Source of the DNA: a virus
Lineage: Duplodnaviria > Caudoviricetes
IMG/VR virus record: IMGVR_UViG_3300048686_001049
Span: 1 to 53,254 of that record
Reading direction: 5' to 3' (one strand)
Length of the DNA: 53,254 nucleotides
Shown: positions 46,355-53,254 of the stretch, piece after piece
Numbering within the stretch: the stretch's first letter is position 1
Layout: each line of letters begins with the position of its first letter
Position numbers and translations under genes: made by a program
Notes under the pieces: generated by a model
The model's database searches: none
The model's input: the letters and a program-made list of their open reading frames with translations, nothing else
What the model was told of the DNA's origin: nothing

Positions 46355-46930
46355 TTGAGAATCTTTGCAGGTTGGGTTACTTCTTTACTTTTTTTTGTCT
46401 TAGGAATTCAAACACCATCATCTCAGGCGAATGCCCCAGAATATTTGGGGAACAAAAACGAAGAAATTAATCAAATTGTGCATAAAAATATTGAAAAACT
46501 AGACCCTGCTGCTACCCCAAAAATCACTTTTGCTCATGGTCGTGTTGATTGGTTATCGCAGTTGGCCAGTCAGGCTGGATGGCCTGAAAAGACCCATGAA
46601 AAACTGAAGGAAATAATTTTGAGAGAAAGCGGTGGCTGCCCAAATCGCAGGGGTGGAGACATTGTCGACAAAAACTGCAATATCACAGGTGTCTCTGAAT
46701 GGAACCATCGCTCCGACACAGGACTGCTTCAAATTAATGGTGTTAACTACGATTTATCAAGAAACAAATGGGCAAGAGTTTGTTTGGATTTAGATATTTG
46801 CACCCAAGAGCCATTGTTGGACCCACTGACAAACCTTAAGGCAGGTTATTTGCTTTACCAATACTCAGGTTGGAGTCCATGGGACCCATGTACTTGGGAT
46901 AAAACAAGGTGTAATAAAAAGAAACCATAA
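46355..46930 (+). CDS. Secreted lytic transglycosylase (SLT/lysozyme-like)
   Basis: Signal peptide; ILRESGG, DTGLLQIN, DPLTNLKAG..LY...GWSPW; AGGAG RBS. Confidence 0.85.
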   Translation: MRIFAGWVTSLLFFVLGIQTPSSQANAPEYLGNKNEEINQIVHKNIEKLDPAATPKITFAHGRVDWLSQLASQAGWPEKTHEKLKEIILRESGGCPNRRGGDIVDKNCNITGVSEWNHRSDTGLLQINGVNYDLSRNKWARVCLDLDICTQEPLLDPLTNLKAGYLLYQYSGWSPWDPCTWDKTRCNKKKP

Positions 46931-46952
46931 AACGTTCGTATAGGATGTTCCT

Positions 46953-47423
46953 ATGAGCGCACAATTCGATATTCCTGGTCGGGAATTTAATTTTAAAAAA
47001 GACTTGGCTTATGGTCAAGACGGCGAAATGCTTATTGATGGTTTCATGCAAGAATTGTCTGGCGGTTCTGTTGAAGTAAAAAGTGACCGATACAGAAATG
47101 GCAGAATGGTTGTTGAAACAGAGCAAAACCCCAAAGGCGCGGTTGATAGTGATGGCAACAGAATTTGGGTAAAAAGTGGGATTAACGTAACCACGGCTAA
47201 GTGGTGGGTTTACATATTTTCCCCAGAGGGCGGGTTCGTGGTTGTTTCTGTCGCTCGGCTGAAAAGGTTTTTACGGCTAAATCCATATAAGTACAACCAA
47301 AATACCAAACGAGATTTCGGCGGCGCAGACAATCCGGCAAAGGGGTTTTTAATTATGCCCAACGAAGTAGCTGACCTTTTATCCAACAAAGCTTATGACT
47401 TGGTTGAAAATGGCGATGAGTGA
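46953..47423 (+). CDS. PD-(D/E)XK-like nuclease-fold protein
   Basis: F.KDL.YGQ.GE...VEVKSDR...GRMVVE...SGI..T.A.WW. Confidence 0.65.
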   Translation: MSAQFDIPGREFNFKKDLAYGQDGEMLIDGFMQELSGGSVEVKSDRYRNGRMVVETEQNPKGAVDSDGNRIWVKSGINVTTAKWWVYIFSPEGGFVVVSVARLKRFLRLNPYKYNQNTKRDFGGADNPAKGFLIMPNEVADLLSNKAYDLVENGDE

Positions 47424-47679
47424 ATCAGGGGAATCTGACATTAGGGGAATCTATATTGAAGAAGGCCTTACTGAGCTTGAGTACATTCAAAAACTACAAA
47501 AAGAAATAGTCACTGCCAGATTAGACAGAGATGCGTGGATTCGCGAATGGCAAAAAGAGAGAATCCTTGCCGACGTACTGAGGGATGCATTGCTTCATGC
47601 CTGTGGAGCTCCCGGCGGCTTGATACTTGAGGGTCCCCCTTTTGATGCCATTAAACAGTATGATTTAGTCAGAAAATAA
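47416..47679 (+). CDS. Hypothetical coiled-coil protein
   Basis: Overlaps the upstream stop. Confidence 0.6.
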   Translation: MSESGESDIRGIYIEEGLTELEYIQKLQKEIVTARLDRDAWIREWQKERILADVLRDALLHACGAPGGLILEGPPFDAIKQYDLVRK

Positions 47680-47699
47680 TTCACCGAAAGTGAGATTTA

Positions 47700-47855
47700 A
47701 TGCAAGACGACGATATCAAGCAGTTAGAAAAACAAATACGAGACATTGATAAGTCAATTGCTTTAATCGATAAACAAATTTTGGAAATCGACAAATCTCT
47801 CGGCCGAAAATCCCCGAGGGTAACTTCAAATAAAAACAAAAATATAATCTCATAA
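47700..47855 (+). CDS. 51-aa coiled-coil peptide (not in the ORF track)
   Basis: MQDDDIKQLEKQIRDIDKSIALIDKQILEIDKSLG..., heptad IDK repeats. Confidence 0.45.
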   Translation: MQDDDIKQLEKQIRDIDKSIALIDKQILEIDKSLGRKSPRVTSNKNKNIIS

Positions 47856-47902
47856 AAAAAATGAAGCAGCCCTAAAATTTTTTTTTAAAAAAAAGGCATA
47901 TT

Positions 47903-48148
47903 ATGAAATACAGATTTTTTACAAAAATGCGCCCAAATGGAGAGCACATCAAGCTATATCTTTTGGCATCAAACGAGAAAAAGAGGGAACTTCATGAGCT
48001 AGTGCTGGAAGATGGCCAGCTCAAAGAAACCTCAGCATTTATGAAAATAATGATTGACGGTTTACAGGATGTTGAAGAGATAAACCAAAAGAAAGCATCA
48101 GAATTATATAAAGACCTAAAAGACGCAATGGACAAAAAATTCAAATAA
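47903..48148 (+). CDS. Hypothetical protein
   Basis: 81 aa ORF. Confidence 0.65.
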   Translation: MKYRFFTKMRPNGEHIKLYLLASNEKKRELHELVLEDGQLKETSAFMKIMIDGLQDVEEINQKKASELYKDLKDAMDKKFK

Positions 48149-48150
48149 CA

Positions 48151-48582
48151 ATGAACGAACTGCAACTTCAAGTAGAAGCGCTAAAAGAAAAAATACCCCC
48201 ATCTTTTGGTAAGTACATCAATGTCGATGAGGGCTGGTATCAGATTGTCGTCGACTGCGATAAAGAACTAACCGCAATTGACCCCGATTATCAAATTCTG
48301 CAAGTTAAGGAAAAGTTTGGCGGATTGCGCTACTACATGACCCCGTGTAACGACACCACAGAAAAACAAAGAAACAAAATGTATGAGGTCATATCTAAAT
48401 ACGAAGCAAAAGCAGCTCAAACCTGTGAAGCAACAGGGCAATCTGGTGTATTAATGAAATCTGTTAGAGGGTGGCTCAAAACTTTAAACCCAGAATATGC
48501 GGCTAGCTCGCTGCATTACAGGAATTATTCAATTGCCAATCAACCACCATCTGATAGTGAATGGTCTGAAGGGATTAGGTAG
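48151..48582 (+). CDS. Conserved phage protein (GW...QVKEKFGGLRYY...TCE.TG)
   Basis: Recognisable KEKFGxLRxY family motif. Confidence 0.8.
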   Translation: MNELQLQVEALKEKIPPSFGKYINVDEGWYQIVVDCDKELTAIDPDYQILQVKEKFGGLRYYMTPCNDTTEKQRNKMYEVISKYEAKAAQTCEATGQSGVLMKSVRGWLKTLNPEYAASSLHYRNYSIANQPPSDSEWSEGIR

Positions 48583-48651
48583 TATTGCTTCACACCTAAA
48601 GAATTCATAAAAGAGGACCTACGTCTCAGCGGTCAGAACAAAGGATGATAA

Positions 48652-48933
48652 GTGTCACAAAAGGGAACATTCGGAAAAATTACAAAAGCCGGCGAAACGC
48701 GCAACTGTATTTATGTGATTTGGCACACAAAAGACCCAGTCAATACCTGGTATGTCAATTCAATGATTAATGGTCAAATTGCCAGATGTAGATTAATTTC
48801 TTTACTGGACCGCCGTCCACATGAAATCAATAGTGGGTTTACTCAGGATGCCTGGTCGTTTGATGTACTTGACGAAAAAACATTCCAAAAAATGGCTGGA
48901 GGTGGGATACCGATACCACCAAGAGATTTATAG
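48652..48933 (+). CDS. Hypothetical protein
   Basis: AAGGA RBS, GTG start. Confidence 0.65.
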   Translation: MSQKGTFGKITKAGETRNCIYVIWHTKDPVNTWYVNSMINGQIARCRLISLLDRRPHEINSGFTQDAWSFDVLDEKTFQKMAGGGIPIPPRDL

Positions 48934-48952
48934 AGAATAAAAAGGAGCACAT

Positions 48953-49627
48953 ATGACTAAAACGCTTAATCAATTAGAATTTCGCATAAACGAAGAGGTA
49001 AAACGCCTTAAATCCTTACGTCTCACAGACGGTCCAGAAACACAATACGACCATAGCTATCGCATCTGGGTTCCGAGGTCTCGCGTTATTGGTTGCGATG
49101 GCTTAGTCAGGACGACGCGTAAACGCAATGAGGAGCCGACATCCCATCCGAAGGATTCGGATTATTTACGTTTGTACTTAGCTTTTATGAAAATGCGCTC
49201 TGATGGAGCGTATGCTAAGTGGAACATTGGTGGCGATGGACACACTGATTACTGGTGCAATCTTCCGGAGCTCAAGCAGCCAATGATTACGCACTACAAA
49301 GGACGCATTATATATAGCGACCATCTCGTTACTGGCATGACTTGGACAAAGAGTTGGGACTGTGTTCAGGACAACGTTTTGATTGATATTCAGAATGACG
49401 GTCTAGATATCGCAACCAAACGACTTGCAGAAGCTGGGTTTGACTTTAAGGTAATCGAAGGAGTATTTAACCCAAGGGACAACATACAAATGGTTAACAT
49501 TATTTTTCGTGGTGGTGGTTGCATTGATGGGGATATCAATGAACCAGGTTTTACAGCATGGACGTGGATTGACAATGCAATGGATGAAGGCCCACAGGAG
49601 CCACCAGCGATAACAGAGGGCCTGTAG
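48953..49627 (+). CDS. Hypothetical protein
   Basis: AAGGAG RBS; 224 aa; stop codon lies inside the downstream tRNA. Confidence 0.75.
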   Translation: MTKTLNQLEFRINEEVKRLKSLRLTDGPETQYDHSYRIWVPRSRVIGCDGLVRTTRKRNEEPTSHPKDSDYLRLYLAFMKMRSDGAYAKWNIGGDGHTDYWCNLPELKQPMITHYKGRIIYSDHLVTGMTWTKSWDCVQDNVLIDIQNDGLDIATKRLAEAGFDFKVIEGVFNPRDNIQMVNIIFRGGGCIDGDINEPGFTAWTWIDNAMDEGPQEPPAITEGL

Positions 49628-49690
49628 CTCAGCGGTTAGAGCAGGGCACTCATAATGCCTTGGCCGTGGGTTCGAACCCCACCGGGCCCA
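49618..49690 (+). tRNA. tRNA with CAU anticodon (probably Ile2/lysidine; elongator Met possible)
   Basis: GGGCCTG-TAGCTCAGCGGTTAGAGC-A-GGGCA-CTCATAA-TGCCT...GTGGG-TTCGAAC-CCCAC-CGGGCCC-A; G1:C72 pair, so not an initiator; CCA not encoded. Confidence 0.92.
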
Positions 49691-49704
49691 CTAAATAAAA
49701 ACTT

Positions 49705-50478
49705 ATGTTAAAAAAATTAAAACCTATACAAATTTGTTCCTACTGTCTAAGGGTTGGGTCAAGCTCTAGTGACCCAGACGGCAATAAATGGCATATTGAC
49801 CACGTCATACCTAAAACGAAATATGCCGGAAGCAGCAAAGACCTATTTAATCTAGTCAAATCTTGTACGAATTGTAATTTAAAAAAAAGCAACAAATTAG
49901 GGGTTATGCCGCAATATGGCTCCCTATATGCTGATGGAACAACGCACGATGAACTAAAGGAGAAAAAACTAATGCTGATGGTAGAAGATGAATATGAAGT
50001 GTGTCTAGAACCAAAAAACAGAACAGATATTTCAATTAATCAAGCGGCAAATGAGCACTGCGTGTCCATAGACACTGTTAGGCGAGCAATTTATAATGGT
50101 CAAATAAGTGGCGTTTATAAAGTAAAAAGAAAAAATGGGTTACAGTATTTTTTCCCACGTAATTCCGCTAATAAGTTATGGCGAACCGGGAAAACAAACG
50201 ATAATTCAATATCAATAAAAGAATGTGCGGAAGAATTGGGTCTATCCGAAAAAACGGTCCGACGCATGATTAGAAAAAATATTTTGGCATATGCAGACAA
50301 GGTATGGGGGATGCACGGATATGAGTGGACGATACCTGTCGACTCTGTAAATTCGTTCAAAAACCTAAATACCAACAAAAACAATAGTAAAGAAAACAAA
50401 GAAATTAATGAATTAAAAAAAGAGATTATTCGTCTTAAAAAAATAATTAACGCAATTGTCGATTTGGGGGAGAAATAG
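49705..50478 (+). CDS. HNH endonuclease fused to two excisionase/MerR-like HTH domains
   Basis: CSYC...HIDHVIP...NLVKSCTNCNLKK; ISINQAANEHCVSIDTVRR and ISIKECAEELGLSEKTVRRMI. Confidence 0.85.
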   Translation: MLKKLKPIQICSYCLRVGSSSSDPDGNKWHIDHVIPKTKYAGSSKDLFNLVKSCTNCNLKKSNKLGVMPQYGSLYADGTTHDELKEKKLMLMVEDEYEVCLEPKNRTDISINQAANEHCVSIDTVRRAIYNGQISGVYKVKRKNGLQYFFPRNSANKLWRTGKTNDNSISIKECAEELGLSEKTVRRMIRKNILAYADKVWGMHGYEWTIPVDSVNSFKNLNTNKNNSKENKEINELKKEIIRLKKIINAIVDLGEK

Positions 50479-50479
50479 C

Positions 50480-50752
50480 ATGAGCATAGGCATAGATTCA
50501 TTAATGGCGATGGTAGATATGAGAAAACTCCTCGACAGAGAAACATTAGAAAAATATCGTCTAGTCAAAAAAGAAACAAAATCACACAATCTTCAGATTG
50601 GCGAAGTCATTGACGCCATATCTCAGACTGAGCCCGAGCTTTTTGGCAAGAGCACTGCAGTGCTTATGCCCGTCAATCATGTTGACAGGCTAGACATCCC
50701 AATATGTGATTCGCGCCTCAACAACCTAAGACTAGACAAACATGGCCGCTAA
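50480..50752 (+). CDS. Hypothetical protein
   Basis: GGGGAG RBS before ATG 50480. Confidence 0.65.
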   Translation: MSIGIDSLMAMVDMRKLLDRETLEKYRLVKKETKSHNLQIGEVIDAISQTEPELFGKSTAVLMPVNHVDRLDIPICDSRLNNLRLDKHGR

Positions 50753-50882
50753 AGAGGAATTGTGCTGGTGTGGTTGGTTGAGAACCAATGGTAAACCGCA
50801 TACACACAACCCCAACTTCAATGATGGTTTTATCCCAGCGCCGACAGCTGTGCCTTCTCGCGATGAGGATAAATCAGAATGA
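50742..50882 (+). CDS. 46-aa peptide (not in the ORF track)
   Basis: MAAKEELCWCGW...H.H...; overlaps the previous gene end and has an ATGA overlap with the next. Confidence 0.5.
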   Translation: MAAKEELCWCGWLRTNGKPHTHNPNFNDGFIPAPTAVPSRDEDKSE

Positions 50883-51427
50883 CCCAACAAAATAAGTGCT
50901 GCGGCTGCAGTGAAGCCATAAACACCGACGGTGATGACTACGGTTGGAGCACCACGAAAAGCGACTATCTCTGCGCTGTCTGTAGAGATATGGACGAATC
51001 ATCATCATCTGTAATGATGGTAACAACCAATGGACAAACAACCAAATACTTCATCGGCGAGCATTTGCGTATAGATGAGAACGGAGAAGAGATGTCTGAG
51101 CCCGACTGGCTAATTACACGCCAATGGGTCAAAAGCGACGACCATAGGGGCTTCTACGACACTCTGGTGGATGGTTGGACCACCGTGCTGGAGGGCTGGA
51201 CTACAGGAAATTGGGACGACTCAACAGGTCAACGAAAAAGAAAATTCAACGAGTGGGCCGAATCTATTCACGACGGAGAAATTATCTCGCCCGTACAAAT
51301 TGCTATTATCGCTGACCCAACTAGCAACATATTCAGTACAGGAATATCAGTATTGACCCCCGACCCAATTGGACTCAAAGAATGGTTGGGTTCAGAATTA
51401 TCCGAGCTGCAAAATTCGCTGCTTTAG
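50879..51427 (+). CDS. Hypothetical protein with N-terminal Zn finger
   Basis: CCGC...CAVC; GWTTVLEGWTTG. Confidence 0.75.
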   Translation: MTQQNKCCGCSEAINTDGDDYGWSTTKSDYLCAVCRDMDESSSSVMMVTTNGQTTKYFIGEHLRIDENGEEMSEPDWLITRQWVKSDDHRGFYDTLVDGWTTVLEGWTTGNWDDSTGQRKRKFNEWAESIHDGEIISPVQIAIIADPTSNIFSTGISVLTPDPIGLKEWLGSELSELQNSLL

Positions 51428-51433
51428 ATAAAT

Positions 51434-51745
51434 TTATCCTAAAAGAGCATCTTCTTTATTTTTAGTGCCAGTACAGCCCGACTCTACTTTTCGCGCAATT
51501 AGATAAAGGTATTCGATACCAAGGCTTGTGATAATGATTTTGCTATCTAGTGTGTATTTAGCAAAGCTGTGACGAACTAATACGTCAAAAGAACGAGCTA
51601 TGTCTGATGGTTTAGATTTATGTAAGCAGAACCTACGGTAGTCATCTACAGACACTGGACATCTCTTCATCCTCAAATAACACAAAACAACATACGTCAA
51701 AGAGCCGTACACAACAGGGGTTTTCACATTTATAATAGAAGTCAT
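51434..51745 (-). CDS. Winged-helix-like hypothetical protein
   Basis: DIARSFDVLVRHSF...IITSLGIEYL resembles a wHTH C-terminus. Confidence 0.55.
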   Translation of the reverse strand: MTSIINVKTPVVYGSLTYVVLCYLRMKRCPVSVDDYRRFCLHKSKPSDIARSFDVLVRHSFAKYTLDSKIIITSLGIEYLYLIARKVESGCTGTKNKEDALLG

Positions 51746-52057
51746 ACTTATTTGGATTATACGAACTAAATACCCAAGTTCCTACCCAAACTTTAGATAA
51801 ATTAAACCAAAATAAGGCTCCTTCTGTATATTTTAGTTTTGCTACCCAAAACCTTGGAAGAATTGAGGCGGTCATTGGGCGGAAAAGTTGAAGGTTTGGA
51901 TAAATCTATCCGGAGTTTGGCGACCAAAAAAATTTGGAATACGCACCCCCACCACCACTGGGGTGCGCCAAAAAGTTCGGCGGGGCTGACCCCGATGTCG
52001 ATTTGATTCGACAAGTAGCATCTCGATTATTTGTAATCACGCTCACGAGTAATCACT

Positions 52058-52087
52058 TAGACATCTGATGAAGTGTCTCACTATCAT
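52058..52087 (+). promoter_or_regulatory. Early-type promoter 1
   Basis: TAGACA-N18-TATCAT, then AAAGGGGA RBS. Confidence 0.75.
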
Positions 52088-52119
52088 TTAGTTATCCAAC
52101 TGAAAGGGGATAAAAAATA

Positions 52120-52428
52120 ATGTTAGCCAAAAAAATACGCAAGACGAATGACGGATTGGGATTCATTTACGAACTCTCTAGTCCGATTACTCACAAAGAC
52201 ATTAGTTATGATTTCGTAATTGCGAAGTCGTATAGTCCAATAGCAGTTGTTGAAGGTTTCTTTTATATGCCTTCCTACTCTTGCCTACTTGGTGCTATCA
52301 AAACTGATAAAGGATTCAGACAAGGTGAGACGATATGGAAATTACAACATAACAAGTTGAGTCAATCATCAATCCTCGCTCAACTGAATATAAAAGTTGC
52401 GAACAAAGTTGAGTGGCAGAACAAATAG
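52120..52428 (+). CDS. Hypothetical early protein
   Basis: Has its own promoter and RBS. Confidence 0.75.
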   Translation: MLAKKIRKTNDGLGFIYELSSPITHKDISYDFVIAKSYSPIAVVEGFFYMPSYSCLLGAIKTDKGFRQGETIWKLQHNKLSQSSILAQLNIKVANKVEWQNK

Positions 52429-52527
52429 TCATCATCATCGCAACACATCGTCATCATCGCCCTCGTGGCATATCAGTAGTTCGCAAGTGCTACGGGTGTG
52501 CTACGGGTGAATACATACATACACAAC

Positions 52528-52557
52528 TAGACATCTGTAGTAGTGCCTTACTATAGT
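52528..52557 (+). promoter_or_regulatory. Early-type promoter 2
   Basis: TAGACA-N18-TATAGT, then AAGGGGGA RBS. Confidence 0.78.
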
Positions 52558-52586
52558 TAAATCATCTCAATGAAGGGGGATACATA

Positions 52587-52817
52587 ATGAACATCAAAGA
52601 AACTACATTTGACAATTACATAGAGCAGTGCGAAGAACTAAACTTTTACAAACAACTTAGGTGGTTCAACAAAAGTGTCGCTCTACAAAACATCATCACT
52701 GAACTAGAAGCGTCTATCTGGAAGTATCTAGAGCCACTCACGATTGCCTTTTGTGAAGCACAATACCAAGCCCACTTGAAGATGATGGCTGAACTTGAAA
52801 AGGAGTTTCAATCGTGA
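52587..52817 (+). CDS. Hypothetical early protein
   Basis: Has its own promoter and RBS. Confidence 0.75.
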   Translation: MNIKETTFDNYIEQCEELNFYKQLRWFNKSVALQNIITELEASIWKYLEPLTIAFCEAQYQAHLKMMAELEKEFQS

Positions 52818-52999
52818 GAGATAAATTCACTGTAGGCTACTCGTGGTTCGCTGACATCTATTGTTATGAACACGGTCATTCACTATCTGACACTGACCCC
52901 GAAGGCAACGAGAAGCACCCTATCGCAACTTGGCACATAGCAGAATTGCTTGAACATAGTTGCGCTGAGTGTGGCTTAGCAGTAGAGGAGTGGAAATAA
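52814..52999 (+). CDS. Small Cys/His early protein
   Basis: AAGGAG RBS, GTGA overlap; ADIYC...CAECG. Confidence 0.7.
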   Translation: MRDKFTVGYSWFADIYCYEHGHSLSDTDPEGNEKHPIATWHIAELLEHSCAECGLAVEEWK

Positions 53000-53018
53000 A
53001 CGAGCAACTACTGACCCC

Positions 53019-53092
53019 AAAAAATACGATTACAGAAAAAGCCCGAACTAAAAAAATACGATTACAGAAAAAGCCCGAACTAAAAAAATACG
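53019..53092. repeat. Non-coding 32-bp tandem repeat, 2.3 copies
   Basis: AAAAAATACGATTACAGAAAAAGCCCGAACTA at 53019 and 53051, partial copy at 53083. Confidence 0.92.
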
Positions 53093-53178
53093 GTTAGGTA
53101 TTTTCTCAACTAAAATTTTCCAAAGTCCGAAATGGAAAAAAGGGGTTAGGCTATGGGTAGCCTACGGGTATCACCAAC

Positions 53179-53207
53179 TAGACATCTGTAGAACTAACCG
53201 ATATGAT
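53179..53207 (+). promoter_or_regulatory. Early-type promoter 3
   Basis: TAGACA-N17-TATGAT, with an AAGGGGA RBS at the window end. Confidence 0.75.
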
Positions 53208-53254
53208 GAATACAATTCAAGAAGCAACCAACAAAACCAAAAAAGGGGATAGTC

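Noticed and set aside
1-53254. Alternative genetic code or prophage integration
   Set aside because: Standard-code ORFs tile the window densely; no integrase, att duplication or host housekeeping block is visible.

Overview
A 53 kb segment of a large, AT-rich (about 40% GC by eye) tailed phage genome. The host is probably an actinobacterium, judging by WhiB, an actinobacterial-type ferredoxin and SSB. The head module (about 1-28.5 kb) holds an HK97-fold major capsid protein, an acidic PepSY-containing protein and several small-motif head-associated proteins. It is followed by a ferredoxin, a TauD-like oxygenase, class II RNR, WhiB, a primase-helicase, a terminase small subunit-like HTH protein, SSB, a lytic transglycosylase, an HNH nuclease, two tRNAs (Arg-UCU and CAU) and an early region with repeated promoters. 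The main observation is three giant (2.4-2.7 kaa) polyvalent proteins built from effector-like domains: ArdC, UvrD helicase, KTSC, zincin peptidases, ParB, RelA/SpoT-like, DEDDh exonuclease, ART-like, GNAT and HTH. Two of them are punctuated at domain boundaries by a [KR]-LSSG-[KR] peptide (14 and 10 copies; 1 in the third). The peptide is conserved at protein level, not DNA level, and these two proteins also share a 71-aa leader. The inference is a virion-packaged, proteolytically processed, cassette-built effector polyprotein system. All domain calls are by-eye motif recognition; no database search was run.
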